From NCBI GenBank assembly GCA_032718475.1, contig JAUCBJ010007159.1:1-40805 (forward strand): a stretch of DNA of 40,805 nucleotides, written 5' to 3'. The notes beneath the pieces were generated by a model that had not been told where the DNA came from, ran no database searches, and was given only the letters and a program-made list of their open reading frames with translations. Position 1 is the stretch's first letter. Each line of letters starts with the position of its first letter. Made by a program: the position numbers and the translations under genes. This DNA comes from Nemertoderma westbladi (taxonomy: Eukaryota > Animalia > Xenacoelomorpha). This document shows, one piece after another, positions 23,701 through 35,639 of this stretch.

Positions 23701-26700
23701 AACGAATCCTGTTACATGATAAATACCGCAGTGTATCGAGCACTCACGTATGAAAAAGATACAGACAGCGACCTCATCCTAACTACTTCTGATCGACAAC
23801 CATCTTGGAAAGCGCCATCTTCCAATGTAGGAATCCGAGAATTTCCTGTAGTACAGGTAAGGGTCCACGGACCTAAAAGGAGTTATGTAGTGAACGCCCT
23901 CCTTGACTCCGGTAGTACAGGAACATTCATCGACAAAGAACTAGCCGAAGACATCTTTGCTGGACAACCCAAGTTCCGAACTAAGCTAAACATGTCAGGA
24001 ATTATGCAGGTTTGGAAATCTACAGTAATCGCGGATTATTATGTAGGTGCGTTGCCCACCCCCCAGGATGAACTAGGAGAACATAGTATAAGGTCAGTAA
24101 AAATGGTGGCGATAAAGAACTTCGCTACCACTCAAGTGGAACCTTATAACTGGGATGAGGACGATTTCACCCAGCAGCTGGAAATACCTAGATTCAACAC
24201 CGATTACCCTGGAGTGCAAATACTCATCGGTCAAAACGCGCATGAAGCGCTCGAGACATTGGTGAAACGGCCCGCTCAACCGCAACCACTACAAGCTTAT
24301 GCGGGAAGAACTAGAGTGGGTTGGTACTTTACTTGCCCTTCCCGTAGAACCCTCATGGAAAGATTACCGAAAGACCAGGTATGTCAAGTGAGAGAATGGG
24401 AATTCGAGAGCAGTGAGTTAGACGATCCAACTGAGGGAACACCATACTCCTCAGATAATGACGATGTCCACCAACTTTTTGACGAGGAGAATGCCATCGA
24501 TCTCCTTAAGGAAAACGAGACTTGGCAAAACCAAGTGAACTTATGTCAACTCCTTCTTCCATCAGAGCGAGACGACTATAACGACGAGCTTAATGACATC
24601 ATTGAACGTTATAATGCCAAGACTCGGGACGAACACGCCGTACGATTCTTTACTCAAGAGGCTGTAGAGTCCAATTCCTATGATAAGGCCCTATCGGTAG
24701 AGGAAGAAAGAGCCAAGCAGATCCAAGAGACAACTACACGTTTTCTTAAAGATCAAGGTAGATATGAGATCGGTCTACCTTTCCGAAAGCGAGAACCAAA
24801 GTTCGTAAACAACAGACCCTTGGCGGAGAAAAGAATTGCTCAACTACATCGACGCCTTACGGCAAATTCTTCAGCTAAAGAAATGTATCAAACGCAGTTG
24901 AGGAAGTTTATTAGCAAGGGATATGCGGAGCTAGTACCGGAAGAAACACCTATAACTGAGAGAACGTATTATTTAACTCACCATTACGTTCCCAAACCCG
25001 GTAAACCACATGAGGTACGAGTGGTGTTTGACGGCTCCGCCCTCTATATGGGCCAATCCCTTAATTCTGAATTGCTACCCGGACCCAACTTACTCCAATC
25101 ATTGTTGGGAATACTTTTAAGATTAAGACAATATTGCATTGCTTTCGCCTCAGATATAGAAGGCATGTTCTTACAAGTCAAAGCGCTGGATAAGGATCGA
25201 GATAGCCTACGATTTCTGTGGTGGCCTGAAGGAGACCTCAACCAGAAACCGGTGGAGTACTGGATGACCATCCAAGCTTTTGGGATAATCTCGAGCCCTT
25301 CAAACGCCTGTTCCGTAGTGCGCACCACTGCGGATGACAACCGAGACGCCTTCTCTAAAGAGGTGATTGACAACATCAAGAGAGATATATACATGGACGA
25401 CAATCTAAAGTCCCCTCCATCAGTCGAAGAAGCCATTGATGTCGCTAAAGGAACGGTAGAGTGCTTAAAAAGAGGTGGATTTCGATTAACTAAATTCACC
25501 AGCAACTCCCGTGAGTTTCTGGAGTCGATCCCGGTAGAAGATCGAGGAGCAAAAGACCTGGATCTAATAAAAGATGATCTCCCAGAAACTAAGACCCTTG
25601 GTTTGAAATGGGACACCGAAAGAGATATCCTGTTTTTTCAACTAAAACAGCGAGATAATCCAGTTCGGACTAAACGGATTTGTTTAAGTGTCCTGAGCAC
25701 TTATTTCGATCCATTGGGATTTATTAGCCCAGTTATATTGATTGCTCGGAGTTTAGTACAACAAATGTGGCTTGAAAACCACTCATGGGACGATCCACTC
25801 AAGGGAGAGTTGTTAAAGAAGTGGATGAAATGGGAAGATTCTCTACCAGCCATCGAGAACTTGATAATTTCCCGTTCATATTTTGGTCATGTTCTCCCTA
25901 CGTATTCCTATCAACTCCATGTGTTTGGAGACGCCAGCGATATGGGAATAGGTATAGTAGCCTACCTAAGGGTGGAAACCCCAGACGGAATCAAAGTTGC
26001 CTTGGTTACTTCTAAGGCATTGATAAACAACAAGTTGAAAGTTCCTCGAGCGGAGTTAAAAGCGGCTCTATACGCTACAGCCATCGGCCGGAATGTAACA
26101 GAACAGATCGACTATCCACTGGAGAAAACTGTCTATTGGACCGACGCTTTACTCGTGTTGGAGTATATAACCAATGAAGTCTGTCAGTTCAGCGTCTTCG
26201 TTACCAACAGAGTAGCTATTATACTCAGTCGCACAACGATGGATCAATGGAGACATTGCCCCGGAACGATTAACCCAGCAGATATCGCCTCCAGGGGAGC
26301 AACTCCACAAGAACTGGTAGATACTCCAGACTGGCTAGGTGGACCCGGCTTCCTCTACAAAGAAGAAGAAGAATGGCCTCCTCATCTTACTACCACAGAG
26401 ATTAGACAGGCCAAGGGAGCGGAGAGGGTCAAACCTAAAACTCGGGCGAGTAAATCGAAGTTATTCAAACCTATGGTAGATCTGTCTGTACTACATACTT
26501 CCGGAGACGACGCTTTGGATCAGAAATCCACAGCCACAAATAAACTTGTTGTGGAAATCCGTGATAAGGATTGGAAATCTGGAATACCAGACGTCTCGCA
26601 AGGACTCTCACCTCTTCTGCAGAGAGCGATACATCACTACAGTTCCTGGAATCGGCTCTGTAAGGCTGTTACATATTTAAAGAGATGTTTTCACCATCAC

Positions 26701-28276
26701 TACTCCGGGATGAAGGCCAAAGGTGATACCGCTCCAATAACATCAGTGCAGGTCCATGTTATTAAAGATCTTCCCAAATATAAGATACCCGACAGGTTTC
26801 TGAAGGAGAAGATCAGTTATCAGGAGCATGAAGAAACCAACAAGCAGATGCTGAGACTCCTGCAATGCTATGAAGATTCCGATAAGTATTTCCTGTTGTT
26901 GAGAAATCCACAGATGCGCTTAAGGGATCGTTTCTCTAGCACAATGATAGATGGGTTGATACGTGTTGGAGGAAGATTAACGAATGCTCCATTATCCTTT
27001 GACACTAAGTTCCCCATACTCACTAGAAATCTTGAAATACAAGTCAAGATGATTGTAGATGTTCACAGCAAACTTTATCATGCTGGTAGGGAACGAGTTC
27101 TTAGCGAAATTCGAACTCGCTATTATTTTTATAAACCCCGTAGAGCTCTGAACCAAGTTCTTAGGAACTGTATACCCTGTAGGAAAGCATTCAGTAGACC
27201 TTTTAACACAGCGAGAGGCAGAATTACCTAAGGAACGAGTAAGCTTCTATGAACCACCCTTTACTAATACCGGTGTGGATTTATTTGGCCCTATTGAAGT
27301 ATATCGTGCTAGGACTATAGTCAAGAGATGGTGTGTAATCTTTGTTTGTATGACTTGTAGAGCTATCCATCTCGATATGGTGAACGATTTATCGACCAAC
27401 AGCTTCCTATTAAGCTTACGACGACAGATCGCTCGCTTTGGCACTAGTAACACGATGAGATCTGATAAGGGAACTAACTTCATTGGTGCCAACAATGAAA
27501 TCAAATCTTACGTCAAAGATTGGAACCAAAGACAGGTGGACGATCAGCTACGAGTAACAGCGTCTAGCTGGACCTTCAACGCCGCCGACGCCCATTGGTG
27601 GGGAGGAAGTTGGGAGAGATTAATAAGAAGTGTGAAGACAGCATTTCACTTTATAGTGCCTTGCCACGCGTATCTCACCGACGAACTTTTGCGGACGTTA
27701 ATGGAGGAAATCGCCGCCTATCTCAACGAGAGACCGCTTATGCCAGTCTCATCGAGTCCCGATTCCCTGGAAGCGCTAACACCCGCGCACTTCCTACTGA
27801 AGAAACCTGTAGCCATGCTACCACAATCGGAAATCACAGACGGAGACGAATACTGCCGGCAAACTTGGCAACTCATGCAGTTGTTATCCCGTCGTTTCGC
27901 TGACCATTTCGAAAAACATTATCTGCCCACGCTACAACTTCGAACTAAGTGGTTTGCGCAGCAAGAAAACGTCAGCGCTGGAGACATGGTTCTTATTGTG
28001 GATGTAGATCTTCCACGTAAGCGGTGGCAGACAGGTCGTATCATCGAGACTCACATCTCGGATGACGGTTTGGTGCGATCGGTAGAACTCGTCGTCATGC
28101 GACGTAACTTCAAGAAACCGGGAATTGTCTTCGAGACGCAGCAGCTCAATCGCCCAGTTGGTCGCTTATGTTTACTGGAAAGAGACAGAGAACTCTCCGG
28201 AAACTATGGGAGGCAAGATACTCTTCCCACGACCACCTCCCTAATCCAACAAACATCTAGGGACTCCCCAGCTTAG
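20788..28276 (+). CDS. BEL/Pao Gag-Pol polyprotein with one 1-nt frameshift near 27205 (ORFs 20788-27231 and ~27211-28276)
   Basis: DUF1759-like capsid (KFNGDEMKW...EKLRFL), three Cys/His knuckles, protease ALLDSGS, RT YMDD, RNase H FGDAS/PRAEL/YWTDA/NPADIASRG, integrase HHCC and DLFGP/SDKGTNF/WERL. Confidence 0.95.
21331..21482 (+). repeat. 39-bp coding tandem repeat (AAVAEAERKAALA x ~4) in Gag
   Basis: Visible in DNA and translation. Confidence 0.9.
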
Positions 28277-29920
28277 TAGCATATGGAGTGGGTGTGTGAC
28301 CATATTATTTTATATTCTTATTATTTTATATTTATGTATGTATTATTATGTAATTTTATTATAATCGTTTTATTTAATTTTATTTAGTAGCATGTTATTT
28401 TAGCGATTATTTAGTAGATTAGTGCAATATATTCGCGTTTATTACGTAATTACTTATATTATATATTTAGTGCGACGGCGAGAAACAATTCTTTTTCTCT
28501 TTCCTTGCTGCCCGTATTACATTACGAATACGTAACTACAGTAAGATGAAATGTCCGTACTTATTAAAGTACAATAAAGCCACTACTATATTCAAGTATT
28601 ATTGGTAGGCAGAGTATTAGGAATGCAAAGTTCAGATCCTTGTGTCTCGGCTAAACCAAGCTCTGGGTAGACCTTGGAAACGACTTGCCTCTTCACACTG
28701 ACATTGCTTCGTGCGATATTGCTCTCATACCGTATATTAAATAATACATATAGTAGCGTGATGTCCCTTTAACAGTAGCGTATAACGCAAAATAAATCTG
28801 TTAAACCCTTTGACCATCTGCAATTCTAGTCGATTAAGATATCGCGGCACCCACCGATATACTTGAAAGACAAAATTCTAGAATCAGTGGTTAACGTCCC
28901 CAGACAAGTTCTGGAATAAACTGGTGCCCATCCTAAATATTAATTATTAATATTTACAAAATCTGTCAAATATCAGATCCTTTAAAATTCTAGTCGATTA
29001 AGATATCGTAGCACTTACCGATACTCTTAAAAAGACAAAATTCCTAGAATCAAGGATCCCAGTCCCCAGACACGTTCTGGAATAAAATTGTGTCTATTTA
29101 ACATTAAATAATAAAATTTACGGGAATAAATTTAAATTCAGATATTTCAATGAATTTAATAAATTGTCATTTTATACAATTTATAACATTCCCAAAATTC
29201 CATTAATTAATAGATCATGGGAGCGGAGATTCACTCTATTAAGTGTATTAGTGTGCGAGAATCTCCGATATATAGTCAATAGCCGATAAAATTCATAAAA
29301 TCATGTATAGAGAGGATATTGACAATTAAAGACTTACTATTAAATAGCATCCCAGATCTGTATGCATGAGAATTACCCTAATTCTACCGCTAGCTTTCCA
29401 TAATGTCACCATGGCAACAACCACGCTAGAATTAGAAGTGAGTTAAAAGAACAATAGAAGGCTTGCCCCTTTGAATAGCATAGGGAATAAATAGCGCACT
29501 GCTAGTATCCAAGGATACACAATAAATAAAGTGACATTCTGGAAGGCACTTGACTGACGGACAAATGACCCGAATGTGTGATAGAATGTGTACCATTTGT
29601 GACAGTTACGTGGAATTTGTGCGTTTGTAGGTGAATGTTACTACTAAGGTGTGTTTACAGTAGCGAGTCGCAATTGTGAAAGTAGCCCTAACTCTCCAGT
29701 AAGAACCTGAAGTATATCTAAGCCTTTGGGACGGACGGTGGAGTGACTTGTGCTGGTTGTTGTAGTCGTTGTGCAGCTACGACGTTGGCGATAGGCACAT
29801 CGACGAAAATACACCAGCGCTGAGGATCTCGCACTGTCCGGGGGCAGAGAGGGGTAGGCAGCGACGCCCGCTCGCCTAAATATAAACTCATTATAATATG
29901 GATAAACTTATATAGCAAAT

Positions 29921-31426
29921 ATGATTGAGTTGATAGAAGATGATCTTGGTATCAGGGAGCGATATACTCTACCTTTACAAGCGTTTGTTGATAGCTTGAT
30001 ACGCGGCGACGCTGGTCCAACTACTACGGAGGATGATGGTCGTTATATCGAACCGCCAATATCCCAGGAACAACTTACGCGTGAATTGGACTATAGAAAA
30101 TTCACCGCTCGCTATACGCATCGTAATGGTACGTATATGGACTTCTTAACTACTGGTCATCCTATCGACCTACACGATACGAATGATATAGACACCAAAA
30201 GGGAAATGGTTTTATTTAAATATCATACCCAGCGGAAGCGGAACGATAAACTGAGACTCGAACACGAAAATTCTATTCGAAACCGACTCGAAAGTGCAGA
30301 TGTTGAAGAGCCGGATAAACGCAGCGACTTCACCAAATACTGGGAATTCTTGAGAGAAACCTATCTCGATATTACCAGTCAACAGAATCTAGAAACTCGA
30401 TATCCTCAAGGTATACATCATGAAAGGCAGGGTAGAACTCAAACGGCTCTATTCCACTACGATGTATCTTACCGCCGATCGACCACTACCTGTTGTACCG
30501 GATAGCTTCGAACAGGTGGAGGAATATTGTAAGCTGGAGAAAGATCACTCGCGTTTCCCCTACAAGACGTGCGTCTTTGTTATTATTGCGAGGAATGCCC
30601 TAGACCCAACCAACAAACGGAAAGACCTAAACATCCGCGGAGACGTTGCACTAAACACGGTTTTACTCGCTATACTGGTGGGAGTTTCGAGCGAAACTTG
30701 TTCGATGTATCACCTACGCTCCTTAATTAAACCAATGATCAGAGTTTCGGAATACTCGATCAGATCTTCTCATTCCCTAGTGAGACCTCAGACTCTTGAT
30801 CCTATTAGTATGATGGATTCTCCCGAGCTGTACTCACTACTCAAAGATCTAGTGTTACCTGAACAATTAGTCGGTGGCACCCCGGTTGTGGGCTTCCTAG
30901 ATATTAGCCCATCCTACCTAGCCGGATTGGGACGCGGACATTTAATATCGCCGTTTAACCCTTACCATCGTCCCGGCTTAACACGATATAACCTGTCACC
31001 AAAGTGGCGGAGAGCGTTGTACCAAATGAGTTAGACGCTATTCTACAAAGATCGGAAAAGGAACTTACGCTTGTTCAGATAAACGTAAATTGCACTAGCA
31101 AGTCCAAGCGGTAAACAAAGTAAATTTATCTCAGTTCGATCGGGAAATCCAGAATCTCTAAAGAGTTATCGAACTTGGACGACCCTATTCTCTGCGAGAG
31201 TTTTTGGATGAACGTATCCAGCTATGAGCGGAAGAAAATCAGCTCGAGGAGAAGCATATCGACCGGCGGATACATCGATCGTAATCCTAAACCTTCTGAT
31301 GCAATTGTATTGCACCCTTCATCCAGGAGTTACAGCCCTCCTAGTAAAGTGGCTCGCCCCAAAGAGAAAAGGACTCTTGCTAGCCTCAAAAAACTGCGTA
31401 AACGCCGTCCGCGTAAGAAAGGCTAA
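29921..31426 (+). pseudogene. Extra 3' gene of the BEL element, broken into ORFs 29921-30505, 30393-31034 and 31175-31426; unknown function
   Basis: Overlapping frames joined by frameshifts; ends 78 bp before the 3' LTR; C-terminal motif conserved at 35772-35831; basic tail KKLRKRRPRKKG. Confidence 0.65.
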
Positions 31427-31496
31427 CTGTTTAGAGTATTTTTATATTTTAGAAACTGTGATTTGTTATATTTTATAGACTTAAATCCCATTTTCT

Positions 31497-31504
31497 GGGA
31501 GCGG
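31497..31504 (+). other. Polypurine tract
   Basis: gggagcgg abuts the LTR TG; the same cattttctgggagcgg recurs at 35929-35944. Confidence 0.8.
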
Positions 31505-32093
31505 TGTAAAGGCTTTTGCGTAATTAGCCGGTTATTTTCCCCGTAAAGTACTCTGTAGTTGGTTTACCAGGCATAAAAAGGCCGTGTCCTTACTGTACTG
31601 GTGTTTTAGAGGACATAAAAGTAATTTCTTCTGTATGTGTACTTTAGCGGACATAATCCGCAATTTTATGACGCAATACGCCGGATCCTCTTGAAACAGT
31701 GTAGCTACCATGACGACGGCTAACAGCTGATATTGCCACATAGAACACCTCTTTGTTCTTTGTTCTCTCTTTGTTCGGTCGACCAATCAGAGCGTTTTTT
31801 GCCTCTGTGTTAGATGGTAGATAGAAACTCGTGGAGTTGAGTCAGTATGTGATTTTTCCACAGCCTACAACACCGGCGTGGAACCTCCGTGTTTCAGTCT
31901 TTAGTTCAACATTAGTAGGCTTAATTATAGAACGTATATCCGTTATCTCACTAACCATACCTCACTCACTGATCATATCTCACTCAGTCACTCATAATCA
32001 TTCATAACTTAACATTACTGCTTTGCTGTCGGTTATTCATTATATTTGTTGATGAAATATTATATTTGGAATACTGATAAACAATCAGACACC
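31505..32093 (+). repeat. 3' LTR, apparently truncated at its 3' end
   Basis: Matches 15220-15808 with 3 substitutions seen by eye; no copy of the left-flank atatc follows. Confidence 0.92.
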
Positions 32094-32401
32094 TGGCACA
32101 TTGTAGAACTACAATATGAACGTTATTTCACTTAAAAATAACGTTGAAAATTAACGTTTATAATTAAACTTGGAATTAACGTTGCTATCGAACGTCATCA
32201 CACATTGAGAGATCGATGAAAATTAACGTTCGAATTTTACGCTGAATTAACGATTATGATTGGTTTATTTTAAACATGTAATTTTTCTAGCATAGTGGAA
32301 CGTTAATCAAACGTTGAACAATATGTTATTTATTCATGTGATTTTCCAACTTAATCCACACCTATATTAACGTAAATTTAACGTACCATGTTTGCAGGGC
32401 A

Positions 32402-33016
32402 AATGCCGCTCCATTACTGTCTGAAACGCTCCCGACAGTCCGATGTATCTGGACCCGAGCAGCCGAGTTGCTTCAAGAGGTGATTAACGGGGGAATACTA
32501 CGGAATTGCTTGTTTGTCAGTACGATTCTATTTGGGTATTTACTACACTCAGACACTGGGAATACGGCGGTCAGTCAGATCGTAATGCGGGCCACTGCCA
32601 AGTTCATCATGCCTCACTCCGGTCACCCACCTTGGAGTGCGGTGGGAAGAGTCCCACTTACTGACTTACGTCGACGACTGGACGAATCGACGAGGATTGC
32701 GATCTGGGTTTAGCGGCGGCCCGGATCCTGGGATCGCCTGGGGGAAATGGTTGAACGTTGGGCAGACGTGATCGCACTGGATTACGTTCTCTGTGACGCG
32801 AAAGTGTGAAGCGAATTCGTTGTCGAATTGGGTCGGAAGCTGCGGGAATTCTACTGTTCTACGGGAGTAAACCGCAGCGGTCCGGTGACTACGGACGGAT
32901 ACTACTGGGATAAGCAGGTATTTCGATCGAGTTTCTCGTATTCTCGATGCTCGAGGCGGATAGAGAGTTGGTTGTGTTGGGCGGTGTTGTTCAATTCTAT
33001 CAAACATATTAAATAA
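32402..33016 (+). pseudogene. Decayed exon of an unknown helical protein; 5' part lies at ~9863-9916
   Basis: One GC-rich frame of ~205 codons with stops at 32711 and 32807; joins in frame to IPLFIIKPLEIFA left of the transposon. Confidence 0.6.
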
Positions 33017-33179
33017 TTGGTAAAATAATAAAAACACACCAGATAAAGATACTGAGCTTATGGTAAAGAGATAGGCCGAACTTACAATTTCCAAATAGAT
33101 TGTTCATATAATAAATATATTTTTGGTATTTGATTCTAAGATAGGGGGGGGGGGGGGGGGGAACTGGATGCAATAAAAA

Positions 33180-33311
33180 TTCATCCCTCTCCAGGGGAAA
33201 TTGGACACAAATAACAACAGCTGATTACTCTCAAAAATAAAACTGTAACCTGTTCTATTGTGTTTACTTTATTGTTTTGGTTAAAATAACGTGCCACTGT
33301 AACCTGCTCCT
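33180..33311 (+). repeat. Dispersed repeat, copy 2 of 6468-6595
   Basis: Colinear similarity. Confidence 0.8.
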
Positions 33312-33479
33312 TTCCCAAAATTTAGAAATTAATATTGAGGCAGGATATTAATTCGCCAAGATGGGATTTGCGTCCAGTCCCAGCCCCCTCCTATCTCTTG
33401 ATTTCACTAAAAAATAGAATACATTGCATTTTACTGTTATAATTACTGTATTGAATAAAATAATTAATTGATTGTTTAT

Positions 33480-33830
33480 TAAACCGTGCTAAGCACGTTG
33501 AACTGGAGCTCTAACAATTCCCCACTAGCGGCAGACAGGAACTGTAAAAGTCTCTGTAGAATTTCTAATTAAGCAATGCTCTTAGGTAACTACTACTAAA
33601 TTTCAGATGAATCTGATCGTTGGTTCTATAATTACAGCTATTTTTACGTTTCTGTTAATTCGCCCCCTAGCGGCAGACCGGGGAATTGTAGAAGTCTGTC
33701 TGTGTGTAGAATTTCTAAATTTTTTTAAAGACTACAAGTGTACCAAGTTTGGTTCCATTTCATCCATGATTGACCGACTTATTAGCGTTCAAACATTCCT
33801 GCCACGAATAAAAGCTGCAGGAACTCGAGC
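33480..33830 (-). mobile_element. HINE-like non-autonomous element fragment
   Basis: ctagcggcagac motif twice (as in 3662-4540); gtgtaccaagtttgg is the reverse complement of the motif at ~9235-9249. Confidence 0.45.
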
Positions 33831-34219
33831 GATAATTAATTTATTTATTATTAAATACTGTTTCAATTAAATTCGTTACGAAAATCTAGTCATCTTCTTT
33901 TAAATATGGACCCTGCATTCATTCAATATTTGATAATTCATCAGTCAGCCTACGCTAATTTCACAGCAAAGTCCTTGTCATGGCCTGTGTGTAGTAGGCC
34001 ATGGTACCACCCTACTACCGGTACCGGCTGACCGGTGGCAACTAGCACTTGCACAGCAACAGCCCTACCGGCGATACACAGGTTGGAATTTATGTAGAGT
34101 TTGCTCAACAGTACAGATATAAAATAGTTATCTAAATTATCTATATTACTATTGACAAGTATTGAAATATATACCGTTATTCGTATTTGCAACATCTGAC
34201 ATTGAAGAGGTGAGAGAAG

Positions 34220-34555
34220 ATGAATACCGGCACTCAACAAAACCAACACTTATCACAGGTCGGTATGGTTACCTCGAGACTGGCGCGACTGTCCACTCGA
34301 ATACAACTTCAAAACACAAACGCCAACAATAAACTGAAAGCGAATCGAACGTCTTCAGAAGAATCTGTCATTGGGACGAAGAAAAGGAAGCCGAAACCAC
34401 GGGAATGGACCACAGCTAAGATTGAATGCTCCCATTGTCAGAGTTCCTGGACCGAAATTGAAACACCAATTGCCGATGGGCTTGATCTCTCAAACCAAAA
34501 CTTCCTCTGCGGGGTTTGCGCGGCAGTAAAGATTGAAAGTCTGGAAGCTGGCATC
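34220..34555 (+). pseudogene. Probable 5' fragment of a CR1/L2-type LINE ORF1 (zinc finger plus start of coiled coil)
   Basis: CSHC-x3-W...FLCGVC followed by KIESLEA, then an abrupt switch to AT-rich sequence. Confidence 0.45.
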
Positions 34556-34934
34556 CCTAGGTATTATTATTATAAAGAGCGTCAGCCTGCGTTTAATAAA
34601 TATATTTTAATACAAAACAGGTCGAACACAAAGAGGCTTATAATGAAGACGAGTACTGCATTGATTATATTCCTATAAACCACCTGGCTTTGCATATTGA
34701 ACGTGCGTTTGGAAATAAGTTCGTGCTACCCTTCCGTGGGTGGTAGATGTCGCGGTTATGTATTGGGGGGAGGGGGGGGGTGCAGATTAAAAGGGGTGAA
34801 CACGTACTGTCCACCTTTCTTTGATTAATTGGTGGTGTGGGTTAATCTCTCATAACCTGATTTTGTGATACAGTCGCACAATTTTAATTTGTATCTCATA
34901 ACTGGGCCTCGTGCTGCGCGAAGGCCCCACGAAC

Positions 34935-35009
34935 GTGTCCTTTAAGATGCGTCTCATGAAAGTCATGGGCTGTCCACCATGCTTATTCACTCCATGAGGC
35001 TGCCAAAGT
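34935..35009 (-). mobile_element. 75-bp internal RTE fragment
   Basis: Matches 12538-12612 almost exactly. Confidence 0.9.
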
Positions 35010-35079
35010 CCACGAAGCTAAGGACAATACGGTGGCTGAATTGTGCCACTTAATACTTATTTTTATTTTTTTTTGAAGC

Positions 35080-35546
35080 GACTTTTTGGTCGACCAAAAA
35101 GTACTTTTTGGTCGACCAATAAGTCGACTTTTTGGTCGACCAAAAAGTAGTTTTGGTCGACCAATAAGTCGACTTTTTGGTCGACCAAAAAGTCTGGAAG
35201 TATTATCCAATAGAAAACATACAACTATTTTCGAGGCAAAATCAAATTACATTAAGTGAATTAGGTGGTTATTTAAAACCGTAACACTATCATGATGAAG
35301 GATTAATATCCTAGGTACCGGTAGGCCTAGCGATCAATGTGTTTAACAAAGCTTTATGTACACCGGTACAGTAATTTGATTTTACCTCCAAAATAGTTAT
35401 ATATATGTTTTCTATTGGATAATACTTCCAGACTTTTTGGTCGACCAAAAAGTACTTTTTGGTCGACCAATAAGCCGACTTTTTGGTCGACCAATAAGCC
35501 GACTTTTTGGTCGACCAAAAAGTAGTTTTTGGTCGACCAAAAAGTC
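35080..35546. mobile_element. Foldback/MITE-like element whose ~170-bp inverted arms contain palindromic TTTTTGGTCGACCAAAAA units
   Basis: Arms 35080-35250 and 35371-35546 are inverted; about five GGTCGACC palindromes per arm. Confidence 0.8.
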
Positions 35547-35639
35547 AGTTGTCTGAATGCGAGCGAATAATTATACATTCCTAAAGAATGTAAACACTGT
35601 GTAGTCTCATGCCCATCTGTTGTAATTAGTGTTGTACTC

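Larger units (their letters stand above)
15220..32093 (+). mobile_element. BEL/Pao LTR retrotransposon, ~16.9 kb, with long 5' region and extra 3' ORF
   Basis: 589-bp direct repeats starting TG; gag-PR-RT-RH-IN domain order with BEL motifs; polypurine tract before the 3' LTR. Confidence 0.95.
9917..32399. mobile_element. CACTA/EnSpm (CMC)-like DNA transposon, transposase missing, with nested insertions
   Basis: TIRs CCCTGCAAACA (9917-9927) / TGTTTGCAGGG (32389-32399); 2-bp CA duplication (9915-16, 32400-01); AACGTT-rich subterminal repeats at 9930-10200 and 32110-32390; a reading frame is continuous across the reconstructed empty site. Confidence 0.85.
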
